From Octopus vulgaris (lineage: Eukaryota): 64,000 nt of DNA. The position numbers were made by a program, and so were the translations under genes. Under the pieces are notes generated by a model, which did no database searches, was not told the DNA's origin, and was given only the letters and a program-made list of their open reading frames with translations. The stretch lies in NCBI GenBank assembly GCA_951406725.2, contig OX597816.1, positions 1,488,001 to 1,552,000 on the forward strand. The letters are read 5' to 3'. Positions 50,729-64,000 of the stretch are shown here, piece after piece (positions within the stretch are counted from its first letter, which is position 1; each line of letters begins with the position of its first letter).

Positions 50729-50939
50729 CCCTTTTGTTACTGTATTTATTTTAAGGTACTCTGTGTTTCTTTCAATTAATTTTAAATATAACAAAGAATT
50801 TAGTAAAATAACTTAGTTATATCAATTAAGCTAGTGTTAGGAACATAAATTGTGACTAAGGTTTGGTGAAAGATTTTAATCCACAACTTATGAAAACAAG
50901 ACATTTGTACTACAGGGCCCAGAGACGGTATTAAAAGGG
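50729..50939. mobile_element. TTAA-flanked MITE, same family as 10935-11158
   Basis: TTAA|CCCTTTTGTTAC...TAAAAGGG|TTAA; body nearly identical to the 10935 copy. Confidence 0.7.
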
Positions 50940-52244
50940 TTAATCTGTTCTTTGTGTAAATATGGATTACCAGAGAAATCCTTATGTCTTTTTTGCAGTT
51001 TACTTCCAAATATTATTTGTTTAGTTTTTACCATTAAACTTGGTCTCTCTTCCAGTTTCACTCGGCTTCTCTTGTTTTTGTTGGTTTATGTAAAAAGCTG
51101 GATTTTGATTTCAATACTTGCTGAATTTATTCCTCTTTTTTTTTATTTCCACTTCGGGCTTCCAGACCCCGGTCAAACCGTCCAACCCGTGCTTCCCAGA
51201 CCCTGATCCAACCCGTGCTAGCACGGAAAATGGACGTTAAATGATGATGATGATCACACACACTCACACACATTCTCTTAAGATATTCTTATAAGTTACC
51301 TTTCGTGATGTGTGTATTTATTTCAAAATCCTGTTCAGTCTCACGTAACCTCAGGTTCTCATCCAGAACAGAAACAAGTACCAACACTTCCATGTGGTAC
51401 ACTTGAACGATTGGGAAGGTGTCTTCACATAAAACCATTTGTTGCTTTGTTAACACACACACACACACACACCCGACTGATGCCAGCATGGAAAATGAAC
51501 ATTAAATGAGCGAATCTCTTCAGTTATAGCCTTGGGCAGACCAAAGCATTGGGAGTGGAAGAAGCTCATCATGTGTGTGTGTGTGTGTCTCCTTGTCATG
51601 ATATCATGTGATGGTTGTAAATGAGTGTCACTGTCATACAAGCAGTGTCAATCGTGTATAATATTCTGCAGAAATGTATTTGGCCATGGAGGAAATATTA
51701 CTTGATTGGAAACTGGTGAAGGTTGGTGACAGGAAAGGCATCTGGCTGCATAAAATCTGCCTCAACAAACACCATCCAATCTATGGAAGCATGGAAAAGT
51801 GAACATTTAAAAAAAAATGATGATGATGTGTGCATGTATGGAAGCATGTATAGATATACAAACATACCCTCCTCCTCCGCCTCTTCCTTCAGTAAAACTC
51901 TTTCATGAATACCAATATTTACTTTAAGCTGTTGGTTGATCTGCTGCCAAAAGTTAGTTTTATCATCGTATTTACTTTCAGCAACTGACTAAGCTTGTAA
52001 CATTAGTGTGTGTGTGTGTGTGTGTGTATTTGTGTGCCTGTGTGTGTGTATGTGTATTTGTGTGTGTGTGTGTGTGTACACACAAATAAGATAGCATTCA
52101 ACTAGTTTCATCACTTCTTCCATAAAAGCAACAAATACATGACTGGGTTCGTTTCTGATAAAACTAAACTTTCCTGTTTCATTTCTGTTTTTATCGAATA
52201 AAAAAATATTTTAATCTGATTTTTGTGTTTGTCTTCTGTTTTAG

Positions 52245-52378
52245 GTCGAAACGAGTTAATAGCACGTTACATCAAATTGCGTACAGGTAAAACGCGTACA
52301 CGGAAACAAGTCTCAAGTCATATACAAGTTCTAGCTCGAAGAAAAGCAAAGGAGATCCAAGCACAGTTTAAAGTTCAA
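52245..52378 (+). CDS. TEAD: TEAD exon: second half of the TEA domain
   Basis: (G)[44 protein letters not shown]; acceptor ttttAG, donor GTAAGT at 52379; phase 1 matches the 9323 donor. Confidence 0.97.
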
Positions 52379-54417
52379 GTAAGTGTTTTTCCCTGTTGCT
52401 GGGAAATTCTTTCTAAAGTCCTCCGGTTTTTCTTAACAAAGTGTTGTGGTGGCTTGTAGCTCTGACTGATATCACCAATGTGATTCTATTTTATTAGAGT
52501 ACAGTCCACCCGTTAACGTAATGGTACCACTGCATGCAGTAATAGTAACTATTAAGACATATCCTTGGATGGAGGGACTTCAGATTTTCTTGTATTTTGG
52601 GAGGGTTGTGATGCCAATAATAAATACATGCACTGGTTCTAGTTCACTAACCAATTAACTAATTGATTGATTGATCATTCAATCAGCCAAGTTTGTCAAA
52701 GTCACCGTTTGATCATCATTTGCAACCTAATCAATGCTGTTTCTGCTCCAGTTCGGAGAGGTGTGTGTGTGTGGTGAGGGGGTGTCTACTCAAGACCTGG
52801 AAGAGAAACGGCTCGGCATTAATGTGGCCATGAAGAGTGATGAAAGGACTTTGACAGACTTAATTGGTTAAATGACAAATAATGAATGATTTCAAATTTT
52901 GGCACAAGGCTAGCAAGTTTTGGGGGGAGGGGCGAGTCAGTTACATCAACCAATTGAATAATAATAATAGAAATGCATGTGTTTATAATTTGTACAATGA
53001 CTGTCCCAAGATCTGCTTCAATACTCTAGTTGATATCAATAATCTTGTAAACCAAATATGAAAACGAAATGTTGCTATATATATTAACTACACCACAATG
53101 AAAGTGGTGGTGGTGGTGGTTGTGGTTGTGGTGGGGTGCACCTGTTATTGTTTTGTGTCTTGTTAAGTTCTTGTGTGTGTGTGTGTGTCTTTTTGTCTCA
53201 ACATCACAATAGTTGTGAGTGAGTGTTGCTTTTCCTGGAAGCAATGTCATTCACTTGTGATATTCTGTGAGAACGTGTCTGGCCATGGGGAAGCATTACC
53301 TTACTTAGAAACAGGTGAAAGTTAGTGACAGCTGGAGCACCCAACCATAAACAAATCTGCCTCAATGAATTTCGTTTGGCCCATGGAAAAGAAGACATCA
53401 AAATAATGTCAACAATGATGATTGGAATCTTCCCATCACCGTCCACTTTCCATTTTATTATTATTTTTTTTGGTTTGGGTTAAAAGAGTTTCTCTCCATT
53501 TTATTCTCCAGATTTTTATTTTAGTAAATTTTTTCTGAATTTTATTTTAAAAAATTATTACTTGAGGTTTTATTCTTTTTCTTTTTTTTTTCTAAAGCTT
53601 CAATTTACTTCTGCCATCAGCCCCCCCCCCACCTCTGTTAAAGCCACAATATTTGTTCATTTGTTTCTTGAACTGGATTTGTTGTTATTAATGACCGGTA
53701 CTTATGAATTGCCAGTCACACTATTATCTCCTCGGTGGCAGCCACACGTTAATCTCCTCCAATATCTGCAGGGTTTCACTTGAAGCAATCCATCACCATT
53801 TATCCAATTGTATATCATTGTTAGATTTGAGCCTTGTTACTACAATTAACGACTCTGCTCTACTAACGAAGTGCAGTTTGCCTTTATTTTAATTTTTTTT
53901 TTATTATTTAGCCCTAGGACCCTTAAAGTCCCTTGGTTCCCGTGGCATACATGTGACAGGTCCAACATTCCTCCTGAATTGGATGCCAGTCTGTTGCAGG
54001 CACTGCCCTCCCCCCCCCTCCACCCCACAAAAAAAACCAATATTGCCTACTACAGACCCAAAAGTGGACCCCCTCTGCCCCAGCTACGCTAGTGGTTGCA
54101 GGGTACAGGGCCAGTGATATTGAGGGGAGGGGATGATAAGTTGATCACATTCACCTCAGTACTTGAACTTTATTTTCATTGGCCCCTGAAGGGATGAAAG
54201 GCAAAGTTGACCGTAGCAAGATTTGAATTGAAAACAGAAGAAATGGCGCCAAGCATTTTGTCGAATGTGTTCAGGAAATTCTGCCTGTTTGGCGCCTTTC
54301 ACTTAACCACACTCAATGCCAATGATCATTCACCAAACCAAACACATCTCCAGTTCTTTCTGGCATTCTACCATATTACCTGTGATCCTAACCTCCGTAC
54401 ATATAGACTGAAGTATG

Positions 54418-54453
<36 letters not shown>

Positions 54454-54824
54454 TATACAATCTAAGTAAATGAAACTGCAATATCTGTAGTAAAGATATC
54501 AGCTCTTCGTAGCTCATGTATCAAGGTTTTAATGTCTCCATTTAAGAATTCTTCTTCGGCAACTTTTACATTCATACATTTCGCTCTTATTCCAGAATAT
54601 CTTTTACTGTTTCTAACAAACGTTTAACAACATAAACACTCTTCTTTACTTCTCCAATAAATCATTTTGTTTCACCCTCAAATTTTATTATTTCTGTAAT
54701 GCATATTTCATATATATATATAGTTGTCTCACCCTTGCCAGCATGGAAGGTGGATGTTTAAAGATACTAATGATAGTGAGTTTTATAACAAAAATCTATA
54801 TCCGTTTCCTAGAAATTCTCTCGT

Positions 54825-54869
<45 letters not shown>

Positions 54870-57408
54870 AACAAGGTTGTTAGCAGCACACATTTTATTC
54901 AGTTCTCAAAGCAATTTGATAAATTCTTTAAACTTTTTTGATCCTATTCTAATTATTAAACATCTTAACTATTTACCTTGACTTGAAATAGAAATATGGC
55001 TGTGTACGTGAAGGCTACGTTGTAAAAGTTTGGTGAGTAGAAAAATTGAGGCCAAGTAAGTTGCTTTTCGGGATGTTGGTGAAGCTCTTCTGGGTTTTTA
55101 CAATAATAACTGCAACACTTTGAACTTCAGGGTTGCAGATGTATATGTTCAGGGCACACGTCTAATATTGCATGGGACATTCAGATAGAGCAAATCCTTT
55201 GGTACCGCACAGTTTCCCTTGTTAAACTCATATACGACATACCCATAACACAATTCATCAGCTTACACTTCTCTTATGTTGGTTGTTTTTTTCTCCTCGC
55301 TCTGCAAATCAAATCAGTTTTGTTATTTTATTTGATATTTATTTATTTGGAGAAAAGGAAAATGCATTTAAAACAAAATAGAAGGGAAAAAACTATTTTC
55401 CTCATCTTAACACTCAGCCTGTCGTTGTATGTCTTCTGTTTCCTTAGTGTTGCCAGGAGAAGCACCACTGTGTAAGTGTGTATGTATATATGTATGTATA
55501 ATATTATCATTTCACTTTGGTTATAGTGATTCTAATAACCAGTTGTTAAAACTCAATAGAATTAAACCTTAGAGCAAAGAATTATGCTACTCCCCTATTG
55601 AGGGGCCCGTGTCTTGCAAATTGCCTGGCGATCTCACTGGTGCTGGTGCCACATAAAAAGAAGCATTCAGTACACTTTGTAAAATGCTTGGCATCCAACT
55701 TTAAAAACCTTACCAAAACAGACTGTGGAGCTTGGAGCAATATTCTAAGTCGCTGTCTCCTGTCCAACTGTTCAGCACAGAAAAACAGACATTTGATGAC
55801 AATGACAATGGATGGATGGATGGATATATATATATGTATACATTCCTATGGTTAATAGATTAGAGATAGGTATTCTCTGTATAGAATACACTTTGTCGTG
55901 CTCAAGAGATTTGAACTTGAGCAAAGAGAAGAGTCATTGTAAGGATGAACAAGTTAGGCAAGTCAATCTACAAAAACTATTATGAAATCCATTTATACAA
56001 ACGCATAGAGTTGATGTTGAAATTAGAAACTGTGAGGCATGAAAACATTTGACTTTCAACTGTGGAGCTTGAGGAAGATAAAGGGATAAATAACAGCAGT
56101 TCTTAACCACATGCGGCTCCCAGGGCCACACTCAGCCCTCAAGCATCCTTTCGACTGTCTTCCCTCTCTAAATATAATAATTTTTTCTTTAAATGGCTTG
56201 TGCTTCACTGGTTTTGGTGCGGCCATCTAAAAGAATCCAGGTTTTGGATCGGGTGAGAAGCACTGGAATGGAAAGAAGTTGCTTTAAAAACGTTTTGGAT
56301 TGGAAAAGTCAAAGGCGTCGGCAGCGTTTGAGTTGCACAGACATTTTTAAATTGAAAATGATAAAATAAGGGATTATGAAAGTACTGTTCTGTGATTGTA
56401 GGGAAAGTTAGGAGTGGTGGAGAGAAGGGACAAAGAGGCTGCTAATGACAGAGCCAAAGATGAAGTGGTGTAAGCAATTACAGGGAAAGGAAGCTGCAGA
56501 AAGTAATCTCTGTGTTTTCAATCAAGATGACAACGGAAGATGAACGAGAAATGCAACAGTTTTTATTTGAATGGATTCACAGATTTTACTATCATTTTAG
56601 AGAGATGCAAAAATTGCCTCAAAGTTTTGGTTAGATATACTTTGATGAGAATATTGGATGTTTCTTTTCTAGTTTAAATTGTCAATTATCCCAGGAGACT
56701 ACAAAGTAGGAGAGAAGTTGGTCATAATGGATGAAAGCCAAGAGCTTTGAGCAAAGATGGTCTTCAAATGAAGAATAAACACTTTTTTATTAGAATATAT
56801 AAAAATGTTATCATTTTCTCTTTATCCAAAAGATTATTTTGGTTTTGGTTACATACATAGATATACTTACATTAGGATCATCTTTGTATAAAATTTATTT
56901 TATTGCATTTGGAAACTTCCTTTCTGGTCAAATAAGCCATAATGAAATATGTTTATAAAAAGAAAGACTAGATAATTAAATAATTAGAACTGGAAATAAT
57001 TAAGCTAGTGAAACAATTTAATTATTTTTAAATGAAATTGTAATTTTGAAAGCCTCCAGTTCAGTTTTGTGGCTTGTGCTTTATAGCTGAAGTTATCAAA
57101 GCATTTTTGTTATATTTTAGATTTAGGTTAAATTTAGTAATTACAGAAATTTTGAACCATTGCAAAGATAAGAAAAGAAATAGTATTTTAAATTAATTTA
57201 AGCTTTTTGAAGATTGGTAAAATAGAGAGTAAATATTTTTTGTTCTTTTGGCATCTGTTGCTATTTAGATGGAAAATCAATACAAAATTGTGAATAGGGG
57301 TCATGTATGACCCCACTTGGCCCAATGTGAAGTCCTTGTTTGCTTTTACTGAACAAAGGCACAAATGCTTTTTGTTGTTTCTAATAATCTGCACCGTTTC
57401 CTCCTTAG

Positions 57409-57573
57409 GATCAAGCTGCCAAAGACAAAGCACTCCAGAGTATGGCTTCAATGTCCTCGGCACAGATTGTCTCAGCCAGTGCCATACACAACAAGGCCAT
57501 CGCATCTGGATTGGGTGGATTGTCATCAGGAATGTCTCCAGTCAGGCCGACATACTCTGCTGCCCCTGCAGCT
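57409..57573 (+). CDS. TEAD: TEAD exon following the TEA domain
   Basis: DQAAKDKALQSMASMSSAQIVSASAIHNK..., homologous to vertebrate TEAD DQTAKDKALQHMAAMSSAQIVSATAIHNK; AG/GTAAGT sites; 165 nt, phase 0-0. Confidence 0.95.
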
Positions 57574-59100
57574 GTAAGTATATCCCTCTGCTTGTTTCCC
57601 TGGCCAGGGCTCTTGAAATATTGAGGGGAGGGGCTGCCTCTCCTCTCAATATTCATTAACATGTCTTTTGTCTTGTTTCAGTCTTCTTTTTTTTTTTTTT
57701 TTTAACTGGCCATGCTGGAGCATTGCTTTGAAGGTTTTAGTCAAACAAATCAACCCTAGAACTTATTGCCAAACTGCTACATTATAAGGATGTAAACAAA
57801 CCAACACTAGTGGTTGTGGGGTGGGGTGGGGGGCACAAACACACGCACACACACACAGATATATCTCTACACACAATGAGCTTCGACACAGTTTGTCAAC
57901 CAAATCCAGTCTCAAGGCATTGACTGGCCGGGGTCTATTGGAGAAGGACAAATGCAGTGGGACTGGACTCAAAAGCCTATGGTTGCAAGGCAAGCTTCTT
58001 CACCATACGTAGGGATTTGTGGCAATAAACCATCACACCGATCAGGTTTTAGGGTTTACAGACTTGCTGACCCAGCTCCCTTAACGTAACAAGAATAATG
58101 TTGGTTATTAGGGGAAAAGATGGAGTGTCTAGGGGTGACCACTGATTTCATCAGTTGGTCAGGTGAGTCACACACACATTTACAGATAGCTAGATAACAA
58201 CAGTATCATTTTAATGCACCCTTTTCCATGTTTGCAGGGGTCAAACAGATTTTTCAGACAGATATCCTTGTAGCTAAGCCCCCACCTGTTTCTCTCTCTC
58301 TAATATTTCTAAGGTAATATTTTCTCATGGCCAGACATGCTTTTGCAGAATTTACACACACACACACACACACACATGCACATGCACACGCAAGGGGCCA
58401 CTCTCAGTTTCCATCCACCAAATCCACTCAAAAAGCCTTAGTTGGTTTAGAGTTCTGGTAGGAGATACCTGTCTAAGGTGCCATGCATTGGGGCCAAACA
58501 TAAAGGATCTAATTCACTTTTTTGGGGTCAAGTTTAAAAAAATAAAAACCCTTTTCAGTCATGAATGATCCTGGGATTGCACCTAGGAGTTTGCCTCCCA
58601 TCCACAAGTCTGGGCAAGGTTGTTTGTGGAAGACCAGCAGTCACCTATGCAAACTAGCTTCCATTCTCCATGCCACTGATGTTATCCAAGGGAAAGGCAA
58701 AGGGGCCAATGCAGCTTGGCACCAGGCAAAGGGGCCAATGCAGTTTGGCACCAGGCAAAGGGGCCGACCCAGCTTGGCACCAGTGACATCACCACAATTC
58801 ATTTCTACGGCTGAGTGAACTGGAGTAATGTGAAATAAAGAGTCTTGCTCAAGAACACAACACAGAGCCCATTCCTGGAATCGAACTCTCTACCTCATGA
58901 TTGTGAGCCTGACACTCTAACCACTGAGCCATGCACCTTCAGTTGGAGGGGTGGGGGCAGGGTTAACAAATTAGAAACTACAGTGGTAACGAAGTTTCAG
59001 GAACTACCTTGAATCACTATGATTTGGAAATATTACCTCAATCGACCCTCTTCAAACTTGGTCCCCCATATATCAACATAGATATTATACCCAGGTCTGT

Positions 59101-59466
59101 GGAGGCTCAGTGGTGAGGGCAGCAAAATCACGGTCATAGGATTGCGGTTTCGATTCCCAGACCAGGCATTGTGAGTGTTTATTGAGCGAAAAAACACCAA
59201 AAGCTCCACGAGGCTCCGGCAGGGGGTGGTGATCCCTGCTGTACTCTTTCGCCACAATTTTCTCTCCTTCCTGTTTCTGTTGTATTTCAAAGGAGCCAAC
59301 CTTGTCACACTCTGTGTCACGCTGAGTCTCCCCAACAACAACTACATTAAAGGTGCACGTGTCTGTGGAGCCCTCAGCCACTTGCACGTTAATTCCACGA
59401 GCAGGCTGTTCCGTTGATCGGATCAACTGGAACCCTCGTCATCATAACTGACAGAGTGCCACGATG
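59101..59466 (+). mobile_element. tRNA-headed SINE with 13-bp target site duplication
   Basis: TACCCAGGTCTGT at 59088-59100 and 59467-59479; GGTTTCGATTCCC B-box-like motif; related copy at about 11320-11610. Confidence 0.85.
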
Positions 59467-60519
59467 TACCCAGGTCTGTTACGTATCTTAATGTGGATTT
59501 AATTTCAGTGAGTACCTGACTCATCACCAACGACGATGATGATGATGATGATGATGATGATGAGTCAGGTATGGATTGATTTTGCAGGCATGTTGAATGG
59601 ATTATGGGAAATTGTCCTTTTCCATTGTTGAAGATGAATTTATGACAACAGGTGGCAGCACAATAGACATAATAGATAAGGAGGGAGACAATGGGATATT
59701 AAAATTGAGGCTGAATTACACTTTTTAATGCGACTGAACGGAAATGTTGTTGGGAGTGAAGACAATATTTTCATTTAATTTGTTTTAATTTTCAACAAAA
59801 TTTGGTGTTTCGAATAACATTTTGTGAATTATAGAGATTATGGTGGGATGAAATGGATTGAGTCTCTGCAGAAGTTTTAAATCTCACAGCGGCTGCTCCA
59901 GTCTGGATTTATAACAACAACAACAACAATAATGGTTTCACATTTTGGCACAAAGCCAGCAAGTTCGGGGGAGGGGTTAAGTCGATTACATCAACCCCAG
60001 TGTACAACTGGTACTTACTTTAGCAATCCCGAAAGGGCAAAGTTGACCCCGACAGAATTTGAACTCAGAACGTAAAGACAGATGGAATGCTGCTAAGCAT
60101 TTTACCCACCATGCTAACGATCCTGCAAGCTCACCACCTTAATAATAATGATGCTGATGATGATGATGATAAATTGAGGAGAACAAATTGCCTGACACCA
60201 GAGGCTGCAGGTTGCAAGCCTGCTACTCATGCATTCCAAGAGTTCCAACAAAAAACCAGAGTTAAAAATAATAGTAATAATTTCTCTAAGGAATTTTACA
60301 GGAGTGGTGATGGTGGTGGTGAGGGGGCTGGTTGATTACACTGACTCCAGTGCTTGACTGGTCCTTATTTTATTGAACAACCCCTAAAGCAAAGTTGGCT
60401 TAGGTGACATTTGAACTTAGAATGTAAAGATGGACGAAACACTGCTAAATATTGCTGGTGTTTTAATGATTTGTGCCAGCTTCCCACCTTAATAATAATA
60501 ATAATTAATAATAATAATA

Positions 60520-60552
<33 letters not shown>

Positions 60553-60648
60553 AACTCAAATTTTGGTACAAGGCCAGCAATTTTTGAAGGAAGGGCTCAG
60601 TCAGTTACATCGACTGCAGCACCTGAATGTTATTTTATCAACCTTGAC

Positions 60649-60684
<36 letters not shown>

Positions 60685-60759
60685 GATGATGACAATAATA
60701 ATAATAATAATAATGATAAGCCTTTCTACTAAAGGCACAAGGCCTGAACAACAACAACA

Positions 60760-61034
60760 ACAGTGTTACAAGTTAGTAAAAGACAAAATTGCAAGAATTT
60801 TGTGGGTAATGAAGAGAGTAAGTGTCCTCCCTGTAGTTGTAATGGGGGGGGCACTAACAACGATGTTTGAGAAATTGGGATTGACGTGAGGGGAGAACAT
60901 ACTCTAAAAACTTCTCTGGTCCTTGGGTGTTAAGTGTTGTGGAAAGAGACCCTGTGAGACCCTTCACAACAGGTTGCTGCCTGCTTTCACAGAATTAACT
61001 AGAATAAGTCAAACTGAGAGCTCTGAGAAGTAAA

Positions 61035-61035
<1 letters not shown>
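60760..61035 (+). mobile_element. R4/Dong-like 3' terminal fragment ending in (AAT)n
   Basis: YKLVKDKIARILWVMKRVSVLPVVVMGGAL resembles the RLE C-terminus; followed by an AAT tract. Confidence 0.55.
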
Positions 61036-61076
<41 letters not shown>

Positions 61077-61714
61077 CAAGCATATTGTATACGATACTTG
61101 GCTGCACATCTCATCAGAAATTGACTTCCATCTTAAAATGTCACATTGGTTCACAATTTCAAAATTTAATAAAAATATATCTGTAATTAACAATTCCTGG
61201 CTTTTAATGAAGTCCTACAAATGTTTGGTGCTTTATTATTACAAAAGATACTCTTGCTTAAATTTTGAAGGAGTTCTTTCTTTCAGTTTATTGAAAACAA
61301 AAGAGAAATCTCAACAATTGAATATGTTTGGTCAAGGAAAAAGTTTTTGGTGTTCAACTCTTTAGGATTCATCTGACTCTATCAAATGTGACGTTTATTT
61401 ATTCACATTGTTTGGAATTAATCAGGTATTATCCTGTAGCATTGAGATTTCAAGGATGTAATTGTTTATTTTAAAATGACATTGTAAGGCAGGTGTGAGA
61501 GGCTGGATCTGGCCAGTTTGAGCATTAAAAAAAAAAGCATAAAATATTTGTGCCTGTTTAAAGGCTAAAGGCTTGCATCAGAATTAAATAGTTTAGGAGA
61601 TTTGTTGATGTGTGTGTGTGTGTGTGTGTAAAAGACTATCTGGCTATGCATGTCACCATGTCAGCCTTATATATTAGCTGTCATATTAAATGGTTTTGTT
61701 TGTTTCTCTTGCAG

Positions 61715-61749
61715 TTCTGGGGACCAGGAATGCCACCCCAAACACCAGA
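61715..61749 (+). CDS. TEAD: TEAD 35-nt micro-exon (FWGPGMPPQTP)
   Basis: Strong acceptor tttctcttgcAG, donor GTAAGT at 61750; FW.PG motif of the TEAD proline-rich region; phase 0 in, phase 2 out, matching both neighbours. Confidence 0.85.
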
Positions 61750-63615
61750 GTAAGTACTTTCCTAATGTTGTGTCTCTTCCGTTTCAATAAATAGTCATCT
61801 TGTTACCATTACATTCCTGCCAAATAGAATCAATCTGTTGATGCTATTTCGGTCAGAGTTCCCTGTTTTGATATCCAAGAACTGGCTTCAGACTGCTGAT
61901 GCTGTTAATTATAGAAATTTCCTGATTTAAAATGATCAAAAATTAAAAGTTTGTCCATCAAACTTTCATGTTTATATTCCAGACATGATGACAAAGATAT
62001 TTTAATCAAATGCTTCATTATTTTCTAAATTAATTGGCACAAAGGCAATATATTTCAGCAGAAATATGCTCACCAAAGGCAGTTCTTATTCTCCCATAAT
62101 CTCCTCTACTCATTATCTCTGTTCGCATTTCTCTCGTTTACATGTCCTTCGTTGCAACCATCAGGATTATATCTGTTCCTCTTCTGGTTTATCTTTAATA
62201 TAAGAATGATTTGGAAATTTCCATCGTTTAATTAATGAACGAAAGACTAACTAGATTGAAACATGGATTTAATTTTCTCACTTTTACTGTAATTATGTTG
62301 ACAATTAGGATCGTATTTTAAATTTCCATTTGATAAAAGCCAGTATAAAATGTTGGTTGGTTGATTTTTGCAGTCATAGAAAGAGGGAGAGAGAGGAAAA
62401 GCAAAAGAGAAACGGAGGGTTTACATAAAAAGGTGCAGAATGAGGGTCGTAACTTTCTGGAAAATTTTTTATGAATTTTGAGATTTTTTTTCTTTCTATG
62501 GTATGGATTGCGATTATGTTGATAAAATTCAGGAAAATAATAATTTGTTGTAAAAATACAAATGAGAAATTTGTTTTATTTTATATTAATGTAATGAATA
62601 TTCTTCTTTTAAAAATTAGTATCCGTTTCATTATTTTATATAAATACCAAGAATTTGATAAAAGTTAAGTTATAATTATTGTATGTCTGCCATATTTTCT
62701 GATACTATATCTCTGGTGGCAAAAGTAGACTTCCAAAGTTACTTCCTGTTTTAAACTAATCTAAATTAAGATTCACCATTAAAATTTCATATTCCTTTTG
62801 AAGTTTCAAACACCAGCTTCATAATTACTAAATTCTTCATTATTTTGAAAATTAATTGTAATAAAGGCAGATTATTTCAATAGAAAAATAGTAATGAAGA
62901 GGCTACAACAGCTAATGATGATGATGATGATTATAATAATAATAATAATAATAATAATAATCCTTTCTGCTATGGGCACAATGCCTGAAATTTGGTGGGA
63001 GGGGGGAGAGTTGATTACATTGACCCTAGTATTCAGCTGGTACTTATTTTATCGACCCCGAAAGGATGAAAGTCAAAGTTGACCTCGGCAGAATTTGAAC
63101 TCAGAACATAGCAACAGACAAAATACCACTAAACATTTCGCCCGGCATGCTAACGATTCTGCCAACTCACTGCCTTAATAATAATAATAATAATAATAAT
63201 CCTTTCTATTGGAAGCACAAGGCCTCAAATTTTGGGAGAAGGATTAAGTCGATTACATCGACCCCAGTACATAACTGGTACTAATTTTACTGACACCTGA
63301 AAAGATGAAAGGCAAAGTCAACCTCAGCAGAATTCGAACTCAGACCCTAACAGCAGACGAAACACCACAAAGTATTTCCACCAGCATCCTAACAATTCTG
63401 CTAGCTTGCTGTCTGAATAATAATAATAGTAGTAGTAGCAGCAGCAGCTAATTTATTTATACTGGAAATCTCACAGGCAGGTACTTAGGGGAATAAAATA
63501 ACCCCTCTGCCCCACCACCAAAAAACCCCCATTTCATAAACCCTCACACCTTGCACTATTTCAATATAATACTAAAACCTTTTGCTTCCTTCCTTCTGTT
63601 CTCCTCCTCATCCAG

Positions 63616-63679
63616 TGTGAAACCGTTTGCCACTCCACCTTATGGCTTAGATACAAAACCCAACACATCACACAATGAA
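63616..63679 (+). CDS. TEAD: TEAD exon (D)VKPFATPPYGLDTKPNTSHNE
   Basis: GA|T junction recreates the conserved DVKPF; pyrimidine tract plus CAG; donor GTAAGT at 63680. Confidence 0.88.
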
Positions 63680-63811
63680 GTAAGTCCACCTTGGCAAGGT
63701 CGGTCGATTGCTGGTCCGAAATTACGTTTGGTTGAGTTCTCTGCTTTCTTGGAACATCATCGGGAGCCAGATTCAGTAAGTTTTCCCCAATAATTTCGGG
63801 GATTTTTTTCC

Positions 63812-64000
63812 CTTCTTCTTCTTCTTCTTCTTCTTCTTCTTCTTCTTCTTCTTCTTCTTCTTCTTCTTCTTCTTCTTCTTCTTCTTCTTCTTCTTCTTCT
63901 TCTTCTTCTTCTTCTTCTTCTTCTTCTTCTTCTTCTTCTTCTTCTTCTTCTTCTTCTTCTTCTTCTTCTTCTTCTTCTTCTTCTTCTTCTTCTTCTTCTT
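63812..64000. repeat. (TTC)n microsatellite running to the window end
   Basis: Direct reading. Confidence 0.98.

Noticed and set aside
54465-54690. Short protein-like minus-strand frame (YSGIRAKCMNVKVAEEEFLNGDIKTLIHELRRAD)
   Set aside because: It is interrupted by stops and I see no recognisable motif or splice support; probably a decayed mobile element that I cannot assign.
58695-58782. Triplicated AGGCAAAGGGGCCAATGCAGCTTGGCACC
   Set aside because: Local slippage duplication inside a SINE copy, with no sign of function.

Overview
AT-rich, microsatellite- and SINE-dense animal genomic DNA. The repeat families look like those of octopus/coleoid cephalopods (inference from recognition, not from a search). 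The window holds five plus-strand coding exons of a TEAD/scalloped (TEF-1) transcription factor gene: 9110-9323, 52245-52378, 57409-57573, 61715-61749 and 63616-63679. The gene continues past the right edge. Its 42.9 kb intron carries a very young, apparently intact Penelope-like retroelement (PLE; RT plus GIY-YIG, Neptune-like Cys linker) at 12532-19400. The PLE is a head-to-head inverted structure with two near-identical 2.67 kb arms, inserted into the (TA)n core of a SINE. It has an extra 414-aa upstream ORF1 that overlaps the RT-EN frame in the -1 phase across an in-register U_UUU_UUU slippery heptamer. Each 3' end carries a CCAAT/TATA module and a minimal type I hammerhead ribozyme. The window also contains a decayed mariner, R4/Dong-like and RTE LINE fragments, TTAA MITEs, Helitron/Helentron-like pieces, foldback MITEs and a minisatellite. 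Most short ORFs in the supplied track are repeat noise.
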